Shown here: positions 1-13,525 of the stretch, piece after piece
How the letters are laid out: each line of letters opens with the position of its first letter
Numbering within the stretch: the stretch's first letter is position 1
Assembly: GCF_018350175.1 (NCBI RefSeq)
Contig: NC_058383.1
Location: 6,326,001-6,390,000, forward strand
Source of the DNA: Felis catus
Lineage: Eukaryota
Reading direction: 5' to 3'
DNA: 64,000 nt
The notes under the pieces: generated by a model
What the model saw: the letters and a program-made list of their open reading frames with translations, nothing else
The model's database searches: none
Told to the model about the DNA's origin: nothing
Made by a program: the position numbers and the translations under genes

Positions 1-107
1 GAAAAGAAAAAAAAAAAAAAAACATGAATTTATGAAGACTGGAAACTACAAAAAAAAAATTTATGAACATAAATTAGTAAAAGTCAGTTTAGAAAAGGAT
101 GGTGGGA

Positions 108-326
108 GGGTGCCTGGGTGGCTCAGTTAAGCGTCCAACTTCAGCTCAGGTCATGATCTTGCAGTTTGTGAGTTCAAGCCCCCCATCAGGCTCTGTGCTG
201 ACAGCTCAGAGCCTTGAGCCTGCTTCTGATTCTGTGTGTCCTTCTCTCTCTGCCCCTCCCCTGCCTCACACTCTGTCCCTCTCTCTCTCTCAAAAACAAA
301 TATTTTTTTTAATTTAAAAAAAAAAA
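108..326 (+). mobile_element. CanSINE (SINEC)
   Basis: gggtgcctgggtggctcagttaag tRNA-like head, (CT)n tract, A tail. Confidence 0.9.
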
Positions 327-1160
327 GGAAGAGGAGGAAAGAGATGATGAGAAACAGGTGGAGAGCAGTTGATGCTTCTCAAACGTGCACCATTTTTCCC
401 AGCAGAAGCTGCACACGAACACGTGACTCCTCTGTGACCTAGACCAGGTGGTGCAGGGGTCTGGGTATAATCTCAGGTGTTTTGAGAGGGGGGCATTAGA
501 ACAAAGCTCTCACAAAATGGATCTTCTACTCACCGATCATGATTAAAGCAACTGTCAAGGTCAAACACACTGCTCAGGGCTTGAGAGCTACCAGCCTGCC
601 CCCTCTTTCCCTGAAGCTTAACACTACCTCAGCTTGTTGCCAGCCCTCCCCCCCCAGCCACCCCGTGCTGCCCCCATCTCTTCTTCCCACATAAATCCAT
701 GCCCCTTACAGGCAGCTTCTCTAACCCAATGTGGGGGGGGGGGGGAGGGGGAAAGATGGAAAAGGGGAGAGTGAAGGCAATGAATTTTAGGGGAAAACTA
801 ATTAGCAACCTCTGCCTTCTGTCCTGAGACATTAAATACCCGAGAGCTTATCATTAAATGCACAATTCGTAACAGAAAAAAAACTGGTGAAATGTGAGTA
901 AGCTGTTACAGTTCCTGGTATTTAATTTCAATTTTCTTTTCCTACCACCAACCAAAAATGTCCCATAAATGTAATATCTTGGTTTAGAATCTTTTTCTTA
1001 GAGCAAAAGTCATAAGAGATGACAAGTTTTCTATATAACGTCACTTTCGCTGCCCAAGGTTACACTGCAAATTTTTAAACGCTGCACAGACAAAATTCTG
1101 CTAGGGTTTAACCCTACAAAGGAGTCAGCAACGTCTTAAAGTAACAGCTATGCTCTAGAC

Positions 1161-1384
1161 CAGGGACTGGCTAACCATGGCCCGTGGGCCAAATTTTTGT
1201 AAAAAACAGGCTTTCTGCCGGTTTTTGTAAATAAAGTTTAAATGGAACACAGCCACGCTCATCTGTTTACTAAGTGTCTGTGGCTACAATGGCAGAACTG
1301 AATAGTTGTGACAGAGACCATATGGCCCACAAAGCATAAAATATTTACTATCTGGGCCTTTCAGAAGAAGGTTGCCAGCCCCTG
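1161..1384 (+). mobile_element. MER58A-like hAT-Charlie MITE
   Basis: Ends cagggactggctaac...gttgccagcccctg; internal aataaagtttaaatggaacacagccacg and aaaatatttactatctgg match MER58A; 8-bp TSD-like ctctagac/ctccaaat. Confidence 0.85.
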
Positions 1385-2269
1385 CTCCAAATTTATAATA
1401 GTACTGACTGTATACACAGAATAACCTCAGTGGACAAGCTTCTCGAGGATTCATGAAGAAAAACATATCCCCAAAATACCACCCTGGCTTTTGACTACTT
1501 ATTCATTTATTTATATGGATGCTAAATACAAAAACAATTTGAAATTTTCGCAATGCATATCCACTGAACTTGAACCAGATGTCAGACACAGTCATTCCAC
1601 AAGAACACCATGAAGCATTCCTCTCAAATTGCTATGTTGTAGTCTACTGAAAACCATTTGCAGACTACAAGTAGAAAATGATGGAAAACGTCCATGTGTC
1701 TCTCCGAGAGTCTGGGCATTCACAACACTCAGCTCGGCCTTGACTCAGAAAAACGTGTCACTGTCCGAGGGGAGAGTGGAAACTGCCTTTCGGAGGCCTT
1801 TACTTCCCAAAATGCCAGGCCCTTAGGGCTCTGAGAACTGGGATGGTTCCCAATTCACTCCACCCACAAACACGAACTGTGTGAATACGGGAAGCACTTC
1901 TCCAAAACCACCCAAAGAAAGGACCATCTCTGGGCCCATTGCCTCCCTCAAACATAAGGGGTCCTTGCCCAGGTCTTCATGCCAACTGAGGCTAAGACCT
2001 CTATTCTTCGGAGCCTCCTTTGGCCTCTACCCCAATCTATGTTATGATAATTTTGTCTTTGTAGCCCAAGACTCGTCATGCAGATCACCCTGGGCCCTAT
2101 CTCTCCCTAATGTCTCCCACTCTGGGCCGGAAGCATAAGCTCCCTCCTTCTAAGACAGTCCTCTTTGCCTAATCACCTCCGCCCTCACCCGGATGTACAG
2201 ATCCATCCCAGCTGGATCACGAGGGACCCAAATTAGAAAATACAGAATCCTTCTTCACTTGAAATTATC

Positions 2270-2430
2270 AAGGCCTGGGTTCAAATTGCAGCCCAGCTAG
2301 TTAGCAAATGGGTAGCATGGAGCACACTACCCAACCTCTCAGGGCCTCCAATTTCTCATCTGTACCACAGAGATAATACTTCCTACTTTTCAGGGTTATT
2401 GTGAGCGTCAGAACAGGCACGTGATAAAGA
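2270..2430 (+). mobile_element. MIR fragment
   Basis: cctgggttcaaat...aatttctcatctgta...cagggttattgtgag core. Confidence 0.7.
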
Positions 2431-2744
2431 CAGTTGCTGTTAGAATTAACTATCTTACTAATTACTACTAACATTACTACTCATCAAGGACTTACTGTTT
2501 ATCTGACAATGTGACAGCAACTCTACTCATTTCAATTCACTAACTCCTGGTGTAGGTAATATTTATCCCCAGTTTACAAACATGAAAACAGACATAGAGA
2601 AGTGAACTTGCTTAAGATAACAACACATATACTGCATGGTGGGGGTCAGGACCCATCCTAGTCATTGGAGTAGCTGAATCTCATTAGTCATGAATTCTGT
2701 ATTTGTGAATTTGCCTACTTGTTAAAATTACTGGCGAGGGGTGG

Positions 2745-2959
2745 GGGGGGGGTTGGGTGGCTCAGTCAGTTAAGTGTCTGATTTCAGCTCAGGTCATGAT
2801 CTTACAGTTCAGAGGTTCAAACCCCACATCAGGCTCTCTGCTGTCAGCTTGAATGCACTTTGGATCCTCTGTCCCCCTCTCTTTCTGCCCCTCCCCAGCT
2901 TGTGCTCTCTCTCCCTCTCTCTCTCTGAAAAATAAACAAACATTAAAAAAAAAAAAAAA
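2745..2959 (+). mobile_element. CanSINE
   Basis: SINEC head, (CT)n, A tail. Confidence 0.9.
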
Positions 2960-3580
2960 GGTGAGGGGGGAATGGAAGCTACACACTAAAAATATACGCC
3001 GTTACTCGCTGTTCCTTCCTACTTCCAGAATTATAAGCAGTTTTGTTGATCTCGGAAACCCCTATATTCAGAAAACATTTCCCAAAATGAATTACGAATT
3101 AATCAAATTTAAAGCTGCCTTCAATCTGGCATTCTCAATACTGTCAAATTTCCTTTCCTCTCACTGCAAAGCCAACCTCCTCTCTGCTCTCAGCTCTCGC
3201 TCTAGCAATTAGGACAGAATGCAGACAGTCCTACCACCACAAAGATGTATTGTGTTTCGTCCCGGAAAACAAAGATTTCCCTGGAATTCACTCCTCCAAA
3301 TTCAATAAAATACAACAAAGCAAATACCCTATAACAACATTAAATTATTACCCAAATCACCAGAGCCCTACAGAAAAGGCACCCAAATTTTGAAGAGTTT
3401 TTGTCATTTCGTGCCTAAAATTCTCATGCAAAAAATCATTTTATGCCAAGCTAAGCACAATTTGACTTCTCTTCTCCTCATGTAAAGGACTACTCTTGAA
3501 GACATGGTCTTCATTTAAAACAAATTCTAAAATATATTGTCCTATATGTACACTCTGCTGTATGTATACTTCAATTAAAT

Positions 3581-3787
3581 GGGGGCGCCTGGGTGGCTCA
3601 GTCAGGTGAGTCTCTGTTCAGGTTCAGGTCATGACATCACGGTTCATAAGTTTGAGCCCCATGTCAGGCTCCACACTGACAGTGCAGAGCCTGCTTGTGA
3701 TTCTCTCTCTCCCTCTCTCTCTGCCCTCCTCCACTCATGTTCCCTCCCTCTCTCTCAAAATAAACAAATATACTTAAAAAAAAAAAA
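3581..3787 (+). mobile_element. CanSINE
   Basis: ggggcgcctgggtggctcagtc head and A tail. Confidence 0.9.
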
Positions 3788-4409
3788 GCCAAGTACATAA
3801 CCCTAGGTTAAACTGAGATAAGCCAATTTTTCAATTATGAAATGATTATAATCTGCTGAAATGAAAGCTTTGAAAGCAAAATATCAAAGCTTTGATAGTC
3901 TTTCTACATTGTAACACATTAATGTGAATTTTCAAAAATAACAGATAACCAAAGTCAAATTGTGAGTTTAATAGCCCAGTTGATATGCATGAGATGAAAA
4001 ATAATTGAAGAAAGCTGTTTGAAATTACATATATCTCAAAATTACAGTTCAGTAGTTGTTACCTAAAAGTAACCTTAAATATTTCAGGACAGCAAATTAA
4101 AAATACTAGAACTACAAATCAGACCAAACTAAAAATTCATCTAGAGGTTGAAAGTGAGCATAAGTTATATGGAAAGCTTGCAGGATCTCCCATCAGTTGT
4201 TGGAACCCCCATCTTCTGTGCGCACACACATCAATTAAATAAAATAGTGATGGAATAATAAATTACAATAATTTTTAAAATTCATAAATATTCCCTCTTA
4301 TAACGAGTAGCTTTGTAGATCATAAAGAGAATATCTCCTATTAATTGAAAATGTTAAAACTTAACAAGTTGAGGGCAATACTTATCAATTTTTAAGTAAC
4401 TCCACAACT

Positions 4410-4636
4410 CTTTTTAAAAAAAAATTTTTTTAGTGTTTATTTTTGAGAGAGAGAGAGAGAGAGCGAGCGAGAGCACAGGGGTGGGCAGAGAGAAAGGGAG
4501 ACACAGCATCTGAAGCAGGCTCCAGGCTCCCAGCTTGTCAGCACAGAGCCCAACGCGGGGCTTGAACTCACAAACCGTGAGATAAAAACCTGAGCCGAAG
4601 TCGGATGCTTAACTGACTGGGCTACCCAGGCACCCC
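4410..4636 (-). mobile_element. CanSINE
   Basis: Reverse-complement SINEC with TSD-like tccacaactc on both sides. Confidence 0.9.
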
Positions 4637-5349
4637 TCCACAACTCATTTTTAAAATACTTATAGCTCTGACTAAATTCGTGTCGTTTAAGTCACGTTAA
4701 CCTCGGCAGCTGCACAGGACACTAACAGGTGAATTTGGAGAATACAAAAGGGAATTCAATTCAAATACCATCTGTTCTGCTGCGAGTTTCTGTAACACAG
4801 ATGACCTCATGTTTGATTGGTGAGTGGGAATGACATCATTACAGCATGGAAGCGTCGCCGATTCATTTGTGAGTTTCCAAAGCAAAGAAGGGGAGGGAAT
4901 GGAATTATGTGAAATCTCAGGCAAGAAAAAAAAAAACAAACCCTCACCTAACTTGCCTTAGCAACAAGTTGTAGTTTAAGCCAGCTGCGAACCGGAGCCT
5001 GCACCCGGGCCTCACTCCCCAGAGGGGTGCGGCCACAGCCAGGCCAAGGTCTCACTCAGCTGGGCTGTGGCATTGGTTCCTGTCAATGCTCCCTGTGAGG
5101 GCGGCGCCACTGGCTCCGAACTCGACTGGTGTTTGCATCGTCAGACACCCACTATCCATGCACCAATTCAAGCATTGCTAGAATTTCCACTTTGCTATTT
5201 TTGTATACTTTTAGTATCCATTTTAGCAACCTCTGCCTATGGTCCAGGTAATCAACGGAGGTACCAGTTATGCTTTTGCTGGTAATTACTAAGCAGCATA
5301 CATCTTGAGAGATCTGCCACAACCTTCCTTACTCGTCTTGTAAGACACT

Positions 5350-5545
5350 TTCTCTTGAGAGCGTGCGTGCGCATGCGCACACTTGCACGCCTAAGCGGGA
5401 GGAGGGACCGAGGGAGAGAGAAAAAGAGAATCTTAAGCAGGCTGCGCACCCAGCGCGAGCCCAATGCAGGAATCAATTCCATGACCATGAGATCCTGACC
5501 TGAGCCAAAATCAAGAGTCGGGCGCTTAACTGACTGAACCACCAA
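5350..5545 (-). mobile_element. CanSINE
   Basis: Reverse SINEC body (gagatcctgacctgagccaaaatcaagagtc). Confidence 0.8.
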
Positions 5546-5689
5546 GACACTGTTTTTAGTGCATGATTTGCAGGATACAGGATTTTTCATGAACATAAAT
5601 ATTCCATCATAGCACAAAAAGCTCGCTTAAACTTCAGGACCTAAAAGGAAGATATTTTCTTAAAGATCTCAGCTTAGAGAAAGGACCGT

Positions 5690-6105
5690 CTCTTCATCAG
5701 TTTGCCAAAGCTGCCATGACAAAGTACCAGGTGCTGGGGGCTTCCAACAACAGAAAATTTAGCTCACATTTCTGGAGACTGGCAATCCCAGATCAAGGTG
5801 CCTGCAGGGTCGCCTCCTTCTGAGGGCTGTGAAGGAGAATCTGTTGGACCCCTCTCTCCTGGCGTCTGGGGGTTTGCTGGCTCTCTCTCGTGTTCCTTGG
5901 ATGACCGACGCAACTCCTGATCTCTACCTTCATGCTCACATGGCATTCTCCCTCTGTGCTCGCTGCGTCCAAATTTCCCCATTTGATAAGGATACCAGTC
6001 ATAATTGGATTAGGGGCCTACCTGACTCCCTTTCACCTTGCATCTGTGATGAACCTATTTCCAAATGGGAAGACACCATTTTTTTTTATGTTTCTTTTTT
6101 TTATT

Positions 6106-6147
<42 letters not shown>

Positions 6148-6408
6148 CGAGCGCGCACAAGCAGGGAAGGGGCAGATGGAGGAAAACACAGAATCCGAAG
6201 CAGGCTCCAGGCTCTGAGCTGTCAGCACAGAGCCCGACGCGGGGCTCAAACTCACAAACCGCGAGATCACGACCTGAGCTGAAGTCGGACGCTTACCTGA
6301 CTGAGCCACCCAGGTGCCCCAAAATTGGAAGCCACCTTTTGAGGTACAGCAGGAACTGAGGACTTTAATATTATGAATTTTGGAGGGTCAAAATGCAACC
6401 CATAACAA
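5690..6408 (-). mobile_element. MaLR LTR (MLT1-like) interrupted by a CanSINE at ~6079-6320
   Basis: gctgccatgacaaagtacc...aacaacagaaa...ttctggag...atcaaggtg...caacccataaca are hallmarks of an antisense MLT1. Confidence 0.8.
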
Positions 6409-7049
6409 CCTGTATCTAATTCACAAACTGGAAAAATACTAAAAACCATCAGTATTTTCAGCCCCTGGTAACAGCAGATGAGGTAAGTCGATCTGCTGAA
6501 AACAGTAAAAGCTGCGAGAATATGACAAGCATGTTCCTAAAAGCACCAAATAGCTAACAAGGTAGGGAGGATGTACTGAACCCTAATTCAAGTCAGTACT
6601 TGGCCCAGAGAGAACCAAGAAGTCCGGCTGCATCTTGCCCTTCAGTTATTTGCTAAAAGGTTGCCCTTTTAGGACTTGGGGGATGAGGGCTGGAATCTGT
6701 TAACTGCCAAGGATGGGGTCCTGGTGAACAGGATCTCAGTTTGGGCCGGCCCTCAAAAGGCAGCAGGCTGGGAGTAAGAATTCTGAGCAGCCCAGGTTTG
6801 TATTAGCTGGATGGCCAAGAAAATCTCAAGCCTTGACTCTGGACTACTAGTGACAACTTTCAAATACAAATGTCTAGTGCCCTTGAACAATGGGGTAAAC
6901 CACTGGCCAAGCTCCAGGTGGTCACTTGTGGGCTACAGACAGGTGAGATACAAATAGCACTGCAAAGGTTATGAACACAGAACTGAGACACTGAAACCAC
7001 AACCCACAGAAAGCCATTTGGAACACACACCCTGAATCCAACCAGGTCA

Positions 7050-7885
7050 ACGCCTGCTAAAACAAATACATCAACATTCACCATAGGATTTAAACAAGAC
7101 GCAGAGCCTCATAGCGTAACATTCAAAATGTTCAGGATGTAATCCAAAATTAGTCAGCATACAAAGAACGAGGAATTGCCACTCACATGGGGGAAAAGAT
7201 AGACCATGCAAACACTAATGATAAGAAAGCTGGAGTGGCTCCATTAATATTGGACAAAGTGGACTTCAGAACAAAGAAAACCATGGGGGATAAAGAAGGA
7301 CATTCCATAAGGAAAAGATGGTTAATTTGCCAACAAGGCAGAACAGTCCTAAATGTGTATGCATCTGACACCAGAGCTTCAAGACACATCGAGTAAAACC
7401 TGACAGAAGTGAAAAGAAAAATAGAAAAATCCAAAATTACAGCTGGAGACTTCAGCACTTCTCCCAGTAATCGACAGAACTGACAGACAGAAGGTCAGCA
7501 AGGACACAAGAGGACCGAGCACCCTCCACTAACTGTATCGAGCAGACATTCATCGAGCACTCCACACAACCACAGCAGTGTCACCTTCTTTTCAACACAC
7601 ATGGAACATTCATTAAAAAAATCTTAACAAATGTAAAAGAACTGAAATCGTAGAATTAGGTTCTCTGATCATAACAGAATTAAACTACAAAGCAATACAA
7701 AAGGTAACAGGAAAACCTCCAAACACATGAATAGTAAACACCACACTTATAAATAATTCATGGGTGAAAGGGAACATCTTAAGGGAGGGGATAAAAAAAT
7801 ATTTAGAACGGAAAGAAAAAATTTTAATTAATGCATCAAAATCTGTGGAATCCAGCTGAAGCAGTACTTAAAAGGAAATTTAGAA
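7050..7885 (+). mobile_element. Old L1M fragment (ORF2 endonuclease region), degenerate
   Basis: Remnant peptide HANTNDKKAGVAPLILDKVDFRTK...LNVYASDT resembles the L1 endonuclease; many stops. Confidence 0.85.
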
Positions 7886-7895
7886 ATTATTTCTC

Positions 7896-8105
7896 GGGGC
7901 GCCTGGGTGGCTCAGTCGGTTGAGCGTCCAACTTTGGCTCAGGTCATGATCTTGCAGTTTGTGAGTTCGAGCCCTGCATTGGGCTCTGTGCTGACAGATC
8001 AGAGCCTGGCGCCTGCTTCGGATTCTGTGTCTCCCTCTCTCTGCCTCTTCCCCGTTCATGCTCTGTCTCTCTCTGTCTCTCAAAAATGAATAAACATTAA
8101 AAAAT
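7896..8105 (+). mobile_element. CanSINE
   Basis: Full SINEC with TSD aattatttctc. Confidence 0.92.
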
Positions 8106-8259
8106 TTTTTTAATTATTTCTCTATTTTTCTAATGTAAAGGGCACAGTGGAGTCATAGCTGAAAATTAAAATTTAGTTACTTTCTGGGGCTTGATATCCC
8201 ATACTGTAAAAGTGGGCAGAGGACCCACCAGTAGGTAATCACATTAAGATTAAGAAATC

Positions 8260-8495
8260 AGGGGTGCCTGGTGGCTCAATCGGTTAAGTGACCGGCTCTT
8301 GATCTCACTTCAGGGAATGATCTCACAGTTTTTGAGTTCTTTGAGTTTGAGCCCTGCATCGGGTTCTGCGATGACAGCACGGAGCCTGCTTGGGGTTCAG
8401 TTCTCTCTCCCTCTCTGCCCCTACTCCACTTGTGCTCTCTCTCAAAATAAACAAATAAACTTAAAAAAAAAAAAACTTTAAAAAATAAAAAAATC
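8260..8495 (+). mobile_element. CanSINE
   Basis: SINEC head and tail. Confidence 0.88.
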
Positions 8496-8859
8496 AATAC
8501 CTACTAACTCTAATTTAAACTGCATTTTTACAATTTCTCAAAAGTCATTAAGAAGAACAGTAACAGAATATTGAAAGTATCTTTTGTTGAGTACATCAAT
8601 ATCCAAAGAGTATCCCAACCAATTTGGCTTAATATTTCCAACACACACCATTTAAAAGGCTATGTTTCCAATCAAACTAAATAAAATACAGTAAAAGTAA
8701 TAGAAAAAGATGGCACAGGAATTCTGAAAAAAAAAAAATCTCCATTAGCTAGCTTCTTGTGATAAAACATAAAAAAATTCACATCTTTAAATAACCAGAG
8801 GTCATGATCATTACCCATAAAATGTTACATACGAAATTTTTATTAGAAAAGTTGCAAAT

Positions 8860-8993
8860 GGGGACACCTGGGTGGCCCAGTCGTTAAGTGGTTAAGTGTC
8901 CAACTCTTGATTTTGGCTCAGGTCATGATCTCATGGTTTGTGAATTCAAGCCCCACATCAGACTCCATGCTGACAACATGCAGCCTGTTTAGG

Positions 8994-9043
<50 letters not shown>

Positions 9044-9105
9044 CCTCCCCTGCACGCGTGCAGGAGCTCGCTCTCAAAATAAATAAAACATTAAAAAATA
9101 AAATA
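8860..9105 (+). mobile_element. CanSINE with expanded (CT)n
   Basis: SINEC head, long CT tract at ~8996-9040. Confidence 0.88.
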
Positions 9106-9496
9106 TAACAGATAATTGCCTTATTTTTAGTAAAGAAATGGAGGTTGGGAAAGGGAAACTATAATATTTTAATTCCAAAAGAATACCTTATGGACATTAC
9201 AAAAAGCAGTTGCATTAGAAGGACATCTATGAACATGCTAACCAAAGAAAGAGGCAGAGAGATCATAAAACACAGTATGCCAGGTGGTCTTACAATGTAA
9301 AGGGAATAATTCTTAGAACTCTGACATTTTATGACTGGGCCTATAACACAGAACACTCCACTTCCTTGTTTTCATCACTAACTGATGCATATTTCTGTCC
9401 CATGTCACCACACATCAGCCCCCTATTCACAAATACTCTGCCTGGAGCTATATGGAACAAAGGACAGCAACAGAAAATGACACAGTGCACTGAACA

Positions 9497-9720
9497 GGGG
9501 CGCCTGGGTGGCTCAGTCGGTTAAGCATCTGACTTCAGCTCAGGTCATGATCTCATGGTTCCTGGGTTCGAGCCCATGTCGGGCTCTGTGCTGACAGCTG
9601 TGAGCCTGGAACCTGCTTCGGATTCTGTGTCTCCCTTTCGCTCTCTCTGCCCCTCCCCCGCTGGCACCCTGTCTCTCTCTCTCCCAAAAATAAATAAACA
9701 TTAAAAAATTAAAAAAAAAA
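9497..9720 (+). mobile_element. CanSINE
   Basis: TSD-like agtgcactgaaca/agtgtactgaaca. Confidence 0.92.
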
Positions 9721-9946
9721 GTGTACTGAACATTAATAAGCTTTGTGACTGATTAAAATTGGACAGATTCATGTCTGTACCATATCTGGTCAAGAGAAAC
9801 TGCAGATAAACTTAACTGCATAATACAGTTTTCCATCCAGCCATGTATTAGGGATTTTCAACCCTTTGAACATCTTCCCTGTCCATTAAGATTATAAGGT
9901 CCTTTGAGCAGTTTACTCTACCTCATTCCTTTAAAATAACATTTAA

Positions 9947-10165
9947 GGAGCGCCTGGGTGGCTCAGTTGGTTAAGCATCCGACTTCGGCTCAGGTCACGA
10001 TCTCACAGTTCGTGGGCTAGAACTCTACGGCTCTATGCTGACAGCTCAGAGCCTAGAGCCTGCTTCAGATTCTGTGTCTCCCTGTCTCTTTGCCCTCCCC
10101 CACTCAGGCTCTTTCTCTTTCTCTCTGTCTCTCAAAAATAATTAAATATTACAAAAAATTAAAAT
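9947..10165 (+). mobile_element. CanSINE
   Basis: TSD taaaataacatttaag. Confidence 0.9.
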
Positions 10166-10279
10166 AACATTTAAGAATTGCTTTGGCCAAGCCCTGTGCC
10201 ACTGGAGAAATAGAGGTGATTGAGTCTCGCCTCTCATCTTTGGCAGCAGCAAAGACATGTATAATGTGAAAAAGGTTGT

Positions 10280-10650
10280 GCAGACCCTGCTGTAGGAAGA
10301 TGAAAGAGGGGCCAGCCCCTGCCAAGCAGGAGACACAGAGAGAGGTCATTCTACATGTACGAGGACATGTTGGAGAGGCTGATACATTCAGGGACAAGGG
10401 TGTGCTTCTATGGGATGTTGGTTTAGGAGGCAGAGAAAGGGCTGGGCCATACTAGAAAAGGTCTCACCAGCAACTGCTCAAGAATTTGGACTTTACCCTG
10501 TGGGCAATGAGGAGCCAAACAGGATCAGACTGGCTTTTTTAGGAAGCTATAAACTCTGGTACTGGAGTAGAAAATGAGAGGGAATGGATGGGAAGAGGCA
10601 GGAAGCGGGAAGACTGACCCATCTGGAGGCTGTTTAAATAGTCTAGGGAG
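10280..10650. mobile_element. L2 fragment
   Basis: gaatttggactttaccctgtgggcaatgaggagcca...ggaggctgtttaaatagtctagg resembles L2. Confidence 0.55.
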
Positions 10651-12332
10651 ATCTTATTTCGATTTCCTCCTCCTGCAGCAACTAGTACACAGTAACCTTA
10701 TGCATAGTAAAACAAACAAACAAACAAACAAACAAAAATAATGTTGGACTGAACTAACTCAAGAAGGAAAATACCTAAGTTGCTTACAACGTGCTTTTCT
10801 GTTTCCTGAGACAATTCCTTCCTCAAGACGGGGTGGGGAGAGGGGAGGAAGAAGCCACAACATCATATACACTCATAACCAATGCCTTTCACACCATCCT
10901 AATATACAGCTAAGATCCTTAAGAATCTGGGTTCTCACAGATTTTCCTTGTCTTCATTTTATCACATTTTCACTCATCTCAAAACATTAGTGGAGAGAGT
11001 TTTGAAAAAACCTGCTAAGCAAATACCCTGGCCAGAGCATGCCACATACACATTTCAAATAATGAAACCAAGTAAGGGGGTCAATGTATAGGTAGTGCCA
11101 GTTTGGGATATGCACTGATTTATCCATCAAGATATAAATCTTCAATGGATACTCCCAATAACTGTTCCAGAAGCTGAATGTAATCAATCGTAAAGATGTG
11201 GTAGACGATTTAAAATAAGATAACATGTACCCAATGCGATCCCTATCAAAATTCCATCTGGTTTTGGTGGGGTTTTTTTTTGCATAAATTGACAAGCTGA
11301 TCCTAAAATTTGCATGGAAATTCAATGGACCCAGAAGCCAAAACAATCTTGAAAAAAAAAAAAAAAAAAAAGAACAAAGTTGGAGATTCACACTTACCAA
11401 TTTCAAAACTCACAACCAAGCTATGATAACCAAGCTGATGTGGGACTGATGGAAGGCTGAACATACATAGGTCAATGGAAGAGAACTGGAAGTCCACAAA
11501 TAAATCCTTACATTTATGTCACCTGGTTGTGGACAAGAGTGCCAACATAAGTTAACAAGAGAATAGTCTTCTCGACAGATGGTGCTGAGACAACTGGATA
11601 TCCACATGCAAAAGAATGAAGCTGGAGCCTAACCTCATACTGTACATAATAATTAATTCAAAGTAGATAATCCAAAGTTAATGTAAGAGTTAAAACTATA
11701 AAACTCTCTTGGGGTGCCTGGGTGGCTTAGTAGGTTGAGCATCAGACTCTTGATTTTGGCTCAGGTCATGATCTCATGGTTCATGGGATCGAGCCCTGTG
11801 TTGGGTGGGCTCTGTGCTGACAGCTCAGAGCCTACTGGGGATTCTCCCTCTTCCTTGCTCTCTGCCCCTCCCCCACTTGGCACATGCTCACGCACTCTCA
11901 CAATAAACATGAAAAAAACTCTATAAAACTCTTACAGAAAGTGAATAGGACTGAATCTTTACAATCTTGGGTTTGGCAATGGTTGCTTATTAGATATGAT
12001 GCCAAAAGTGTAAGTGACAAAAGAAGTAATACATGAATTGTACTTGATCAAAATTAAAAAGTTTTGTCTTTCAGAAGACTATCAAGTAAAAAGACAATCC
12101 ACAGAATACTTCAAAACTATTGGAAAATGTCTGATAAGGGACTTGTATATGGAATATATTTAAAAAGCCTCTCTTATCTATGTAGATATAAATAGATGTT
12201 AAGAGGGATGCTTGGGGGGGCTCAGTTAAGCATCTAACTCTTGATTTCAGCTCAAATCATGATCTCACGGCTTTGTGAGTTTGAGCCCTACATCAGGCTC
12301 TGTGCTGGCAGAGTGGAGCCTGCTTGGGATTC

Positions 12333-12363
<31 letters not shown>

Positions 12364-13416
12364 TTTCCCCTTCCCCACTCATGTTGTCTCTCTCAAAATA
12401 AATAAACTAAAAAAAAATAAAAATAAAAGATAGATGTAAAGATATCTATGTATAGATAAAGGGGATTAAGAGGTATGAACTTCCAGCTATAAATAAGTCA
12501 CAGACATGAAAAGTACAGGAGAGAATATAGTCAGTAATATTGTAATAATGCTGTTTGGTGACAGATGGGGACTTTACTTATTGTGGTGAGCACTGAATAA
12601 CATACAGAATTATTGACTCAATATGCTGTACACTGGAAGCTAATATAACATTGATTACTTCAATAAAAATGTTTTTAAAACTCCTAAAAATCAGTAATAA
12701 AAAGACAACCAATTTCAAAATGGGCAAAGGATTTGAAGACTTTTCTCAAAAGAAAACATACAAATGGTCAGTAAGTACATGAAAAGATGCTCAACATCAG
12801 TAGCCATTAGAGAAATATAGATCAAAACCACAGACACTAACTACTTCCCACCCATTAGGATAGCTAAAATAAAAATGACAATACCAAGTACTGGTGAAAA
12901 TGTGGAGAAATCAGAACACTTAAGTTTTACTGGTGGGACTGTAAAACGTTTCAGCCACTTGGGAAAATAGTTTGGCAGTTCATCAAAATGCTGAACACAG
13001 AGTAGCATATGACCCAGCAATTTCCCCACTTAGGTATATTCCCAAGAGACCTGAAAACATGTAGGTCTACATAAAAACGTGTGCATGAATTTTTATCACC
13101 AGCATTACTTACAATAGCCCAAAAGTGAAACAAATCAAATGCCCATCAAGTGATGAATGAATGAAGAAAATACGGCATACCCACACAGTGGAATATTACT
13201 GTTATTCAACATTAAAAAGGAATGGGTGATCTTGAAAACTTCCCTAAAGTGAAAGAAAAAATGACATATTGTATGACTCCATCGTTATGAAACGTCCAAA
13301 ACAGACAATGCCCGTACAGACAGAAAGCGGATTAGTGATTACAGGGGCTGGGGAGAGGGGATATGGGGAGTGACTGCCGGTGGGTACAGAGTTCTTTTTA
13401 GGCCATGAAAATGCTC

Positions 13417-13525
13417 GTGCTCACTTCCGCAGCACATATACTAAAACTGGAATGATACACAGAGGATTAGCATGGCCCCTGCACAAGGATGACACACACA
13501 CCTGTGAAGGTTTCTACATCGTTTT
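13417..13525 (+). pseudogene. Full-length U6 snRNA retrocopy (5' part of a U6/L1 chimera)
   Basis: gtgctcacttccgcagcacatatactaaaactggaatgatacacagaggattagcatggcccctgcacaaggatgacac...gtgaaggtttctacatcgtttt aligns end to end with U6. The ACAGAGA box is mutated to ACACAGA. Confidence 0.93.

Noticed and set aside
13417..13525. Functional U6 gene
   Set aside because: The ACAGAGA box is mutated, there are several other substitutions, no PSE/TATA promoter is visible upstream (the flank is old L1), and it is fused to L1.
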